Part shown: one piece after another, positions 38,629-48,259 of the stretch
How positions within the stretch are numbered: the first letter of the stretch is position 1
How the letters are laid out: each line of letters starts with the position of its first letter
Sequence record: SRR20825006_1576
Reading direction: 5' to 3' (one strand)
Length of the DNA stretch: 64,000 nucleotides
Position numbers and translations under genes: made by a program
Notes under the pieces: generated by a model
The model's input: the letters and a program-made list of their open reading frames with translations, nothing else
What the model was told of the DNA's origin: nothing
Database searches by the model: none

Positions 38629-39741
38629 ATGCAATCTATCGCATTGTTATTCATATCTCTTTTTGTATTGGCAAGCTGCACGCAACGCCCCGGCCCGGAA
38701 ACCATCTATCCCCAAAAAACAGAACTACAAAGCGCACGCGTTGTAACGATTTATGTAGCCACGACGCGAGAACCGGCTGACAGGCCGGTTGAAGGCTTCA
38801 CCCGTGAACGCGAAGAAGAGCTGAGTTACGCTGCATTCGATATATCCATTCCGCCCAACCATGAACCAGGTGAGATTGAATGGCCTTATTCACGCAAGAT
38901 CAAACTCGATACGCAGTTTGCTGTTTTGAAGCATACGATCCTGTCGCAATCAGCATTTGAAGCACAGATTGGCCGTGCAGCCCGCAAAACCAAAAGCGGC
39001 CGCGCTGCGGTCTTCGTCCATGGCTTCAATGTCAGCTTTCAGGAAGGCCTGTTCCGCATGGCTCAGCTGGCTGCTGATTCAAATGTTTCCGGTGTACCCA
39101 TCCTGTTTTCCTGGCCTTCGCAGGCGCGTGTCCTCGACTATGCAACAGACAAGGAGTCAGCCACATTTTCGCGCGATGGTCTGACTGACGTTCTTGAGCA
39201 GGTTACGTCATTGTCAAGTGTACGCTCGGTCATGGTTTTCGGGCACAGCATGGGCGGTTGGCTAACCATGGAAGCGCTGAGACAACTCGCCCTGACAGAT
39301 CAGACGCGTGCGTTGCGCAAACTCAACGTCATTCTGGCGGCACCAGACATCGATGAAGATGTATTTACCACACAGCTTGAGGTCATCGGGCCCCTAGATC
39401 CACCGATTCTGGTGATGGTTTCCAATGATGACCGGGCCTTGCAAGCCTCCCGCTTCATTCAGGGCAATCGCCAGCGCGCCGGACAACTCGATATTACCGA
39501 CCCCGAGGTGGTCGAGCAGGCCCGCGAAATGAATGTAACTTTGCTGGATATCTCTGCACTTTCTTCAAATGATGCGCTCAATCACAGCCGCTATGCAGCA
39601 TTAGCCGCCATCTACCCGGAACTGAATGAGGATCTGGTTCTTGGCAGCGGTCTCAGAAACGCTGGCGCCAGGGCGCTGGACGCCGTTTCCCAAGCCATGG
39701 CCGCTCCTTTCGAACTGGTTGACAATGCGGTTGCAGAATAG
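38629..39741 (+). CDS. Alpha/beta-hydrolase lipoprotein (DUF900-type esterase)
   Basis: Lipobox LASC, YVATTR, FVHGFN, FSWPS, nucleophile GHSMG, LAAPDID. Confidence 0.85.
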   Translation: MQSIALLFISLFVLASCTQRPGPETIYPQKTELQSARVVTIYVATTREPADRPVEGFTREREEELSYAAFDISIPPNHEPGEIEWPYSRKIKLDTQFAVLKHTILSQSAFEAQIGRAARKTKSGRAAVFVHGFNVSFQEGLFRMAQLAADSNVSGVPILFSWPSQARVLDYATDKESATFSRDGLTDVLEQVTSLSSVRSVMVFGHSMGGWLTMEALRQLALTDQTRALRKLNVILAAPDIDEDVFTTQLEVIGPLDPPILVMVSNDDRALQASRFIQGNRQRAGQLDITDPEVVEQAREMNVTLLDISALSSNDALNHSRYAALAAIYPELNEDLVLGSGLRNAGARALDAVSQAMAAPFELVDNAVAE

Positions 39742-39917
39742 TGCTCATCTTGCTGAGCGGTGTTCCGATGACCGCCTGTAAACAGGTTCTATTTCAGAAC
39801 GTTTTTTCTGGTATGTTTTTTTATAAGCCGATTAAAAGTTTCACTGAAGCTGTTTACAGCTTTTACTAATGTGATCGAAACTCGCAACAGATCCATCGAA
39901 AGCAACGGGAGATCATT

Positions 39918-41363
39918 ATGCGCGCAGGGTCAAAATACCAACACCTGGTTCACGGTGCGGGCTGCCCTTGTCACACTCCGGAATTTGCACGCCTGAATGC
40001 GAGATTGGCAGAAGGATTTAGCCGCCGAAACGTCCTGAAGGGTGTGGCGGCCACCATCGCCGCCAGCGCCCTTTCTACCACTCCCGCTCTGGCGCAAGAT
40101 ACCGATCGCGCATTACTCCTTCAAAACGTTCGAATCTTTGACGGCTTGAAGAATACGTTGATCGAGGGCCGTAACGTTCTCGTGCGCGAAGGCCGGATTG
40201 ATGCGCTGATACCCGTTGCAGAAACTGTCGATCATGCCGATGTCATTGATTGCGGTGGCCGCACCCTGATGCCTGGCCTGATAGACTCCCACTGGCATTC
40301 GCTGCTGTGTGCAATTTCCATGGATGTGGCAATGACGGCGCAGGTTCCCTACATCCATCTTGTTGCTGCCAATGAAGCACAGAAGACGCTGATGCGCGGC
40401 TTCACCACGGTCCGCGATGTTGGCGGACCGTCATTCGCACTCAAGCGGGCAATTGACGGCGGCAAGGCCATCGGTCCTCGTATTTACCCCTCAGGTGCAA
40501 TGATTTCACAAACATCCGGTCATGGTGATTTCCGGATGGCTTACGAGATTCCGACGTCTGATCAGTCCAATCTCAGCCATGCTGAACAAGCCGGTATATC
40601 TTCGATAGCAAACGGTGTGCCACAGGTCTTGAACCGTGTGCGCGAACAACTGATGTTGGGCGCCAGCCAGATCAAGATCATGGCCGGCGGTGGCGTTACT
40701 TCGCTTTATGATCCACTGACGAGCCTGCAGTTTACGACGGACGAAATCAAAGCCGCTGTCCAGGCCGCCAACGATTGGGGCACCTACGTCTGTGCCCATG
40801 TCTACACCTCAGAAGGTATCAAACGTTCGATACGAAACGGTGTACAATGCATTGAGCATGGTCAGCTTGCCGACGAAGAAACGATGCGCATGATGGTCGA
40901 TACCGGCACCTGGTGGAGCATTCAGCCCTTTTTGATGGATGAAGACGCCAATCCGCAAAGCTCACCACAACAGCGCCAAGAACAGCGTGAAATTGCAGAA
41001 GGAACAATACGCAGCTTTGAATGGGCGGAAAAAAACAATGTTGAACGACTCGTCTGGGGTACAGACATTCTCTTTAATCCTGCCCGAACAGGATCTCAGG
41101 GACGGCAACTTGCCAAACTTTCCAACTGGTTTTCCAACGTCGATGTTCTGAAATTTGCGACCAGTCGAAGTGGCGAGTTGCTCGCTTTGTCGGGTGAGCG
41201 CAATCCCTACTCCGGACGCCTTGGTGTTATCGAGAAAGGCGCATTTGCCGACATGCTTTTGATAGACGGTAATCCGCTTGAAGATATTTCACTGATCGCA
41301 AACCCTGACAATATGGCAATCATCGTGAAAGATGGCCGTTTGTTCAAAAACACGCTCGCATAG
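39918..41363 (+). CDS. Metal-dependent amidohydrolase with Tat signal (prolidase-like subgroup)
   Basis: SRRNVLK Tat motif, MPGLIDSHWH, GFTTVRDVGG, KIMAGG, AHVY, IEHG, GTD. Confidence 0.88.
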   Translation: MRAGSKYQHLVHGAGCPCHTPEFARLNARLAEGFSRRNVLKGVAATIAASALSTTPALAQDTDRALLLQNVRIFDGLKNTLIEGRNVLVREGRIDALIPVAETVDHADVIDCGGRTLMPGLIDSHWHSLLCAISMDVAMTAQVPYIHLVAANEAQKTLMRGFTTVRDVGGPSFALKRAIDGGKAIGPRIYPSGAMISQTSGHGDFRMAYEIPTSDQSNLSHAEQAGISSIANGVPQVLNRVREQLMLGASQIKIMAGGGVTSLYDPLTSLQFTTDEIKAAVQAANDWGTYVCAHVYTSEGIKRSIRNGVQCIEHGQLADEETMRMMVDTGTWWSIQPFLMDEDANPQSSPQQRQEQREIAEGTIRSFEWAEKNNVERLVWGTDILFNPARTGSQGRQLAKLSNWFSNVDVLKFATSRSGELLALSGERNPYSGRLGVIEKGAFADMLLIDGNPLEDISLIANPDNMAIIVKDGRLFKNTLA

Positions 41364-41369
41364 GTAGAC

Positions 41370-42206
41370 ATGAGTAAACCTTTCACCGGAAAAAGACTGT
41401 ACACAATGCTGGCTTTCCTGGGCGTGACTGCATCGGCTTATGCCGCTGATCCGGTCACCGACCTGCATCAGCCGGCTGTACAGTCTCAGCCTGTCGAAGC
41501 GGACAGGTGGCACTACGCGATTACACCTTATATCTGGGGCACTGGTCTTTCCGGGGAAATTTCACCTTTCCGTCAGGCTCCGAGTGTTCATATCAACGAG
41601 TCCTTTTCCGACGTTCTGCAAAACTTGAACCTTGCCGGTTTTCTCAACATTGAAGCCAACAACGGCACCTATGGCTTTTATGCCGATATGATGTATGTCG
41701 ATATCTCGCAAAATGGCGGTACAGGGCCAGTCACTATACCTGGTGTCGGCACGGTTCCCGGTGTTGATATCGGCGTGGAAAGCAAGCTGTTTGCCGGCGC
41801 CCTCTTCGGTTCCTATAAGCTGGTCAAGAATGACCGCTTTACGCTTGATGCACTGGCTGGCGCGAGAGCGTTCCGCGTGTGGACAAAAGTGAGCGCCAAA
41901 ATTCCCTCCTACAATCTGAGCACTGAAGCCAAAAGTGATTTTGGCTGGATAGATCCTGCAGTCGGCTTCGGCTTCAAATATCAGGTTTCCGATAGATTTA
42001 AGCTGGTAGGTCAGGCTGATATCGGTGGTTTCTCAGTGGGGTCTGACCTTACATGGCAGGCGTTGGCGGCTGTAAAATATGATATTACTCGATCATCGGC
42101 GCTTTCATTCGGTTACAAGTATATGTCCGTCGATTATGACAATGACGGTCACGTTTTCGATACAGAGTTCCAGGGGCCGATGCTGGGCATAACCTTCAGG
42201 TTCTGA
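41370..42206 (+). CDS. Outer-membrane beta-barrel protein
   Basis: Signal peptide, TPYIW, W.DP.VG, ADIGGF.VGSDLTWQ, C-terminal GITFRF beta-signal. Confidence 0.75.
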   Translation: MSKPFTGKRLYTMLAFLGVTASAYAADPVTDLHQPAVQSQPVEADRWHYAITPYIWGTGLSGEISPFRQAPSVHINESFSDVLQNLNLAGFLNIEANNGTYGFYADMMYVDISQNGGTGPVTIPGVGTVPGVDIGVESKLFAGALFGSYKLVKNDRFTLDALAGARAFRVWTKVSAKIPSYNLSTEAKSDFGWIDPAVGFGFKYQVSDRFKLVGQADIGGFSVGSDLTWQALAAVKYDITRSSALSFGYKYMSVDYDNDGHVFDTEFQGPMLGITFRF

Positions 42207-42375
42207 TGCTGACTGAAAGACAGGCCCTAAACATGCGCACTCAATGTTGGCAACGCTGTCAGGTTTGGTTGACATAGCTTGTTTGTGTGCCAAAAGTAAT
42301 ACTGAAAAATTCGGGGGCGATTTGCAGAAATTGAACACTAAAGAACGGGTCAGGGGTGTACGCGTTTTCAGGCAT

Positions 42376-42627
42376 GTGAACACTCTGGCACTGATACTGC
42401 TGTCATCCTGTGACGCAGCCAGAAACGGGCCAGTAATACCGTTCTTCGGAGCCTATTTTCCATCGTGGATTGCCTGTTCGCTGATCGGTATTTTTGGATC
42501 TGTCATCGTCCGTCTCGTCTTCATCAAAACCGGGATTGACGAATTACTTCCACTGCGTGTTCTCGTTTACCTGTTTCTGGCGATTGCAATCGGGCTTGCT
42601 TCGTCGCTGCTGCTGTTTGGTCGGTAA
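42376..42627 (+). CDS. ytcA: YtcA-family lipoprotein
   Basis: LSSC lipobox, P.IPFFGAYFPSW motif, position directly before mdtN; start uncertain (GTG 42376 or an upstream TTG). Confidence 0.78.
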   Translation: MNTLALILLSSCDAARNGPVIPFFGAYFPSWIACSLIGIFGSVIVRLVFIKTGIDELLPLRVLVYLFLAIAIGLASSLLLFGR

Positions 42628-42630
42628 ATT

Positions 42631-43665
42631 ATGTTGAGTCTCAAAGCCAAAGTCATCGCCCTGGTTCCGATTATTCTCATCGGTGGAACCATCTGGCTTG
42701 GATGGCAGCATATGGCACGCATGAACACGAATATCCTGTCGCAGGATGCATCATTGACAGCCCCGATCACCAACATCTCATCGACCGTACCGGGCCGGAT
42801 TTCAGAGCTGTTCGTTGATGAGAATGACAAAGTTGAAAAGGGACAGTTACTGTTCACACTAGAAGATGAATCATACAGGTTGCAGGTGGTTCAGGCTGAA
42901 GGTGACCTCAAAGCTGCCGAGGCGCTTTATGAAACGCAAAAGCGTCATATCGAGGCAGAATCGGCAAATGCGGAGATCGCTGTTCAGCAGATCGAACGTG
43001 CTCGGGTTAATCTGGAACTGGCAGAAGAAACTCTTGAACGGCTATTGCCACTTCAACCCAAGGGCTATGTAACCGATCAGCAGATACAGGACGCACGAAC
43101 GGCCAGACGTGATGCAGAAGTCTCGCTTGAACAAGCATTGCAGCAAAGCCGGGCGGCGGATGCGCTCGTCTCGTCTACCGAAGAGACAAAAGCATTGATC
43201 CAAAGCCGCCAGGCAGCTCTTGATATCGCCAAACGCAACCTCGCAAATACAAAGATCTTTGCCCCGCATAATGGGCGGGTCGTTGGCCTTAGAGTGTCCA
43301 GCGGGCAGTTTGTAATCACCGGAGAGTCGGTGTTTACGCTGGTGAATACCGATCGGTGGTTCGCAAGTGCGCTTTATCGCGAGGCTGAATTGAAAGATCT
43401 TGCGGTGGGAACCTGTGCAACGGTTTATGTGATGGCTGATCGTTCCGTTGAAATCAAAGGCAAGGTTCAGGGCATCGGCTGGGGCGTGGCTTCAGAGAGT
43501 ACAATCAACATTCCGCGCGCGCTTCCCTATGTGCCAAGAGAACTCGACTGGGTCCGTATTGCCCAGCGTTTCCCCGTCCGCATAGAACTCATCGATCCCC
43601 CGGAAAACCTGATGCGCGTCGGCGCATCGGCATCAACAGTGGTTCGTCATGGCGATCACTGTTGA
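42631..43665 (+). CDS. mdtN: Membrane fusion protein MdtN-like (HlyD family)
   Basis: N-terminal TM, biotinyl-lipoyl-like VEKGQLLF, coiled coil, WVRIAQRFPVRI. Confidence 0.85.
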   Translation: MLSLKAKVIALVPIILIGGTIWLGWQHMARMNTNILSQDASLTAPITNISSTVPGRISELFVDENDKVEKGQLLFTLEDESYRLQVVQAEGDLKAAEALYETQKRHIEAESANAEIAVQQIERARVNLELAEETLERLLPLQPKGYVTDQQIQDARTARRDAEVSLEQALQQSRAADALVSSTEETKALIQSRQAALDIAKRNLANTKIFAPHNGRVVGLRVSSGQFVITGESVFTLVNTDRWFASALYREAELKDLAVGTCATVYVMADRSVEIKGKVQGIGWGVASESTINIPRALPYVPRELDWVRIAQRFPVRIELIDPPENLMRVGASASTVVRHGDHC

Positions 43666-45505
43666 AGAAAGCGATCTGAGACGGAAAACCCGTCATCTGA
43701 TTGAAGATCTGCGGCCCTTCCGGGGACGGCTCTACCTGTCGCTTTCCATCGGCGCGATCTGTGCGATCTCGACTGTTATCTCAATGATGTATCACTTTCC
43801 GGAAGCCGCTATCGGCTGCTATCTGGTGATCTTCCTGATGAAGAAGAATGCGGCTGAAAATGTTGTCACAGGCATTGGCATCATTCTCGCTGTCAGCCTG
43901 GTTGTCTTTCTGCTCATCGGCATCATAAACCTTACCATCGACCATCCCCCGGCCCAGATCGCCGCGATTGTGATTGCTTCCTTCGTCTTTCTGTACATGG
44001 ATTCGGCCACGAAGGCAGGAGAGCAGGCAGGCATTGTTGCCCTGGTGATTGCTTTTGTGCTGACGCTGCTGGGTAATATACCGATTGGAGAAATTGCCAC
44101 CCGCGCTGTCCTTTACGCCTGGGCCATGGTGTTTGTCCCCATGGCGACGATGGCGGTCTATAACCTGCTTTTCGGGTTGGCGCCGCAGAAACTTCTGCGC
44201 TGGACAATTGCCGAAAGACTGGAGCTGGTCGCTGACGACCTTGAGACAAGAAGTGAGCGATCACGTGAGAAATTGCTTGAGGCGCTCGGGGAAGGCACGG
44301 CCGAGCAGGAAAAGCAACTTCAGCTTATCAAGCTGTTGAAGATACTCTACGGCAAGGCCTATGATTTTCTTGAGCGCAGCCAGTCACACAGCTACAGACT
44401 GATGCTGGCGGTTTCAGCTCTGCCGGAAGACAGCGATCCGCAAGCCCGGCAGTCTCTTGCCGCCGTTTGCCGCGAGATGGCCGAATCCGTCAATACAAAA
44501 CAGCCTCTTCCCGAATTGGATGAGGCTGAATATGCCGGGGCAGACAGCGCCTTGCAGACAGTCAGTTCAGCGCTTTTGGACCTCAGTCGCGAAGCGCCAC
44601 TGGAAAAAGGGGCTCCGGTTGACGATCCATTCATCGCACCCGATGCGTTCGAAAACCCGATTCACCTTCAGTTCGCGCTGAAAACAACGCTTGCCGCAGT
44701 CACGTGTTTCTTTATTTACACCTCGATTGACTGGCAGGGCATTCATACCGCGATGATCACCTGTTATGTTGCCGCACTTGGCACAACCGGGGACACAGTG
44801 CACAAACTGGTTCTGCGTATTACCGGTTGCCTGATCGGTGCATTTTTGGGACTGATCGCCATTCTTTTTGTCATTCCGCAGCTTGAGTCTGTCGGTGGAC
44901 TGGCATTTCTGGTTTTCGCCGTTGTTGCCCTTTCTGCATGGGTTTCAACCGGCAGCGAGCGCATATCCTATGGCGGCGTACAGATCGCACTGGCTTTCCT
45001 GTTGACCGTTCTTCAGGGCTTTCAGCCCGGAACCAGCCTGAGCGATGCCAGTGATCGTATTATGGGTATTTTGCTTGGAAATGCAGTGGTTTACGTCATA
45101 TTCACGAATATCTGGCCGGTCAGCGTCGGCTACGAGGTCAGCAAACGTACCAAGGCAGCGATCAGCAAACTGAAAACGCTTGCCGGGATGGATTATGAAA
45201 GGCGCACAGCCTCGACAGCACTTCTTGCATCGGTCCAGACGGATCTGGGTGTTATTCGAAATGCTGTAGAAATGGCTTCTTATGAGCCACGCAGTATGCG
45301 GCCATCGCGGGAGCAAAGGCTGACTTACCGGCATAGCTCCGAGGCCTTGAACAGCCTGTCACTTACATTGTATTTCCATCCGGAGGTGGATGACACCACA
45401 CAAGCAAGTTTGCAAGACGCAGAAAGCGAAACAGAAACGGAGCCACTCGGTTTCGCTGATGAGCGGGAACCGGCCAAGGTGCAGCAAACGGGAGACAGCG
45501 CATGA
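43649..45505 (+). CDS. mdtO: FUSC-family inner-membrane exporter MdtO-like
   Basis: Two hydrophobic blocks; FALKTTLAA, W.GIHTAMITC, LRITGCLIG, DRIMGILLG. Confidence 0.82.
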   Translation: MAITVEESDLRRKTRHLIEDLRPFRGRLYLSLSIGAICAISTVISMMYHFPEAAIGCYLVIFLMKKNAAENVVTGIGIILAVSLVVFLLIGIINLTIDHPPAQIAAIVIASFVFLYMDSATKAGEQAGIVALVIAFVLTLLGNIPIGEIATRAVLYAWAMVFVPMATMAVYNLLFGLAPQKLLRWTIAERLELVADDLETRSERSREKLLEALGEGTAEQEKQLQLIKLLKILYGKAYDFLERSQSHSYRLMLAVSALPEDSDPQARQSLAAVCREMAESVNTKQPLPELDEAEYAGADSALQTVSSALLDLSREAPLEKGAPVDDPFIAPDAFENPIHLQFALKTTLAAVTCFFIYTSIDWQGIHTAMITCYVAALGTTGDTVHKLVLRITGCLIGAFLGLIAILFVIPQLESVGGLAFLVFAVVALSAWVSTGSERISYGGVQIALAFLLTVLQGFQPGTSLSDASDRIMGILLGNAVVYVIFTNIWPVSVGYEVSKRTKAAISKLKTLAGMDYERRTASTALLASVQTDLGVIRNAVEMASYEPRSMRPSREQRLTYRHSSEALNSLSLTLYFHPEVDDTTQASLQDAESETETEPLGFADEREPAKVQQTGDSA

Positions 45506-47052
45506 AATCATCAAGCCCGGCCCTGCCCGTTTTTTTCGCAATGTCGATCTTGTTTTGCTTGCTTTCCCACATGAAACGGATCGCCTTGCCGACAGTGCCG
45601 TTCCTTCTCGCAATTGCACTTGCAGGCTGCGCATCGGACTCCCTGAAACTCGCACCGGGCTCACCCGATGCACCATGGCAACCGGGAGCAGGTGACGCGG
45701 GCGAAGGTCTTCAGGCACGGGCGCAAAATGCAGGCGCGCTGGCACTCTCCAACCCGGTCATCAACAAGAACAAAATCTATACGCTGCCAGAATTGATCGA
45801 TCTGGCCCAGCGCACCAATCCGAGCACGCGGGTTGCATGGGAGCAGGCAAGGCAGGCCGCGCTCGCCGTTGGCATGGCTGAAGCCACTTACCTGCCTGTG
45901 ATCACCGCCAACGTGATCGGCGGAAGCAACAGTAACAGCGCAGAGCTACCCATTCCGATCGGCGGTAACTCCTATTTTGACACAGATTTTCAGGGCGTGG
46001 TTCCGTTCGTGGCGCTGCAATGGCTTGCTTTTGATTTTGGAGGCCGCAGCGCGGTTGTAGCGGCGGCCAAGAATTTGTCACTGGCGTCAAACTACCAGTT
46101 CAACGCAGTTCACCAGCGGCTGATTTATGCCGTTACCAGCGCATTTCATGATTATAACGCCGCGCGGGCACATGCGCGGGCCGCCAATCAGGCCCTTGCA
46201 AACAGCCGCACGGTTTACAATGCGGTGAAGGCGCGGCGTGACCGCGGGCTGGCAACATCGGTCGATCTCGCGCAGGCAGAGCAGATTGTTGCACAGGAGG
46301 AACTGCGTGTCGTCCAATCGCGTGGCGGCGAGCAGGATGCCTATCAGGCGCTTCTGGGCGCCATCGGAATCTCTCCCATGTCGGAAATCAAAGTGGAAGA
46401 TACACGCAACCGTAAAATTCCGTCTTCGGCAAACGTTCCGATCAACACGATGATTGAGGTCGCACTGGCCAGCAGACCGGACATTATGGCCGGATACGCC
46501 TCGCTTGAAGCGAGTCGCGAAGGCATAAAGAAAACCAAATCCGACTTCCTTCCGAAAATCGGAATTTTTGGAACGCTCTCGACTTATGAAACTCAGTTTA
46601 ATGCCGGTGGACTGCCGACTGTCGAGAACAACGGCCTGAACGGCAATATCATGTTTGGCGCGACGATACCGCTCTACGATTCTGGTCTACGCGAGGCCAA
46701 TATGAAAGAAGCTCAAAGCCGTGCCGCTGCCGCAGAGCGAAATTATGAGCAACTGAAAGACGTTGCAGCACGCGAGATCGTCGTGGCCTCCAACGCGCTG
46801 ACTTCGGCTATCCAGGCCAATGCCTCTTCCGTAAAACTCAGGCAGGCAGCCTACAAGACATATGACGCAGCGTTGGAGGCTTATGAAAACGGCCTGGGAA
46901 CTGTCTCGGCGCTTGCAACAGCACAAAACGGCCTGCTGGATGCCCGTCTGGCTGAAAGTGATGCCCGCGAAGCCGCCTTTACCGCAGCTGCCAACCTGGC
47001 ATTTGTTCTCGGAACGTCGACCGCAAGTACGGCGCAACCGGTTTCACGCTGA
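45502..47052 (+). CDS. TolC/OMF-family outer-membrane efflux lipoprotein (occupies the MdtP position)
   Basis: LAGC lipobox (alternative start ATG 45571), two OEP repeats (ELIDLAQRTNP; ALASRPDI; IPLYDSG). Confidence 0.82.
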   Translation: MKSSSPALPVFFAMSILFCLLSHMKRIALPTVPFLLAIALAGCASDSLKLAPGSPDAPWQPGAGDAGEGLQARAQNAGALALSNPVINKNKIYTLPELIDLAQRTNPSTRVAWEQARQAALAVGMAEATYLPVITANVIGGSNSNSAELPIPIGGNSYFDTDFQGVVPFVALQWLAFDFGGRSAVVAAAKNLSLASNYQFNAVHQRLIYAVTSAFHDYNAARAHARAANQALANSRTVYNAVKARRDRGLATSVDLAQAEQIVAQEELRVVQSRGGEQDAYQALLGAIGISPMSEIKVEDTRNRKIPSSANVPINTMIEVALASRPDIMAGYASLEASREGIKKTKSDFLPKIGIFGTLSTYETQFNAGGLPTVENNGLNGNIMFGATIPLYDSGLREANMKEAQSRAAAAERNYEQLKDVAAREIVVASNALTSAIQANASSVKLRQAAYKTYDAALEAYENGLGTVSALATAQNGLLDARLAESDAREAAFTAAANLAFVLGTSTASTAQPVSR

Positions 47053-47115
47053 TGACGACCACGCACCAATTAACGCGAAAACGGATACAGACAGCAACCG
47101 GAGACAAGACTTAAA

Positions 47116-48219
47116 ATGCATGTCCATACATCGATACCAGTCTGGAGTTGGCTTTTACCCATATTGGCCGCAGGGCTGATCGCACTGGAACTGACAGGCC
47201 TGGTGCATGACGAGTCAATTATCTTTCTTGTCCCCGCGGTTCTGCTTCTTGGTGGCTCTGTTTTTGCCTCGGTTCTCCATGCGGAAGTTCTCGGTGCCCG
47301 CGTTGGTGAGCCATTCGGCTCCATCATTCTTGCCTGTTGCGTGACCCTGCTTGAAGTCTCTCTCATCATCTCGATCATGTTTTCCGGAATGGAAGGCGCT
47401 GAAGAAGTTGCGCGCGATACGGTTTTTTCTGCCGTTATGATCGTTCTGAATGGTATTATCGGCCTCTGCCTCGTCTTCGGCGGGCGGATTTACCACGAAC
47501 AAACCTTCAAGCTCGCAGCCGCCTCGGCAGCACTTGCAGTGCTCGGAACGCTTTCAGCGCTCGCTTTTGTCCTGCCCAACTACGCGATATCGGGCGCTGC
47601 CAGACAGTATTCCTGGGCTCAGCTTCTCGTCATCAGCATCTGCTGCCTGTTACTCTATGGTATATTTCTGTTTGTTCAGACAGTGCGACACCGAAGCTAT
47701 TTCGTCGACGAGCCGGATGATGAAGGAGAAAACTTCTTCGACATGGATCACGAAAAGCCAGGGCGTCAGGTAACTCTTGCCAGTGGGTTCCTCCTGCCTT
47801 TGTCGTTGTTCATGGTGATCGTTCTGGCCGAAACTCTTTCCCATCCGCTAGACCATGCAATAACCGCACTCGGCCTGCCGCAAACGCTCGTGGGCGTGGT
47901 TATCGCCGCACTTGTCTTGTTGCCAGAAGGTATTTCCTCGGTTCAGGCGGCAATGAGAAACCGCATTCAGCAAAGCATCAATCTTGTGTTGGGGTCAGCG
48001 CTTGCCAGTATCGGCATGTCGATCCCGGTGATTGCACTTGTTTCGATCTTCCTTGGCCAGCAACTGACGTTGGGTCTGGAACCCGAACAGACAGTAATGT
48101 TGCTTCTGACCTTGTTCGTGAGCATGCTGACACTTGGTACCGGTCGCACGACCGTTTTGCAGGGCGCTGTCCACCTCGTGATATTTGCCGTGTTCGTTCT
48201 TCTGACCATCGTCCCATGA
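47116..48219 (+). CDS. chaA: Ca2+(Na+)/H+ antiporter ChaA family
   Basis: HAEVLG.RVGEPFG, ARDTVF, LLPEG, GSALASIG, GAVHL. Confidence 0.88.
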   Translation: MHVHTSIPVWSWLLPILAAGLIALELTGLVHDESIIFLVPAVLLLGGSVFASVLHAEVLGARVGEPFGSIILACCVTLLEVSLIISIMFSGMEGAEEVARDTVFSAVMIVLNGIIGLCLVFGGRIYHEQTFKLAAASAALAVLGTLSALAFVLPNYAISGAARQYSWAQLLVISICCLLLYGIFLFVQTVRHRSYFVDEPDDEGENFFDMDHEKPGRQVTLASGFLLPLSLFMVIVLAETLSHPLDHAITALGLPQTLVGVVIAALVLLPEGISSVQAAMRNRIQQSINLVLGSALASIGMSIPVIALVSIFLGQQLTLGLEPEQTVMLLLTLFVSMLTLGTGRTTVLQGAVHLVIFAVFVLLTIVP

Positions 48220-48259
48220 TGGTCAGGTAACCGTTTTCGAATGCTACAATTATGGCGGC

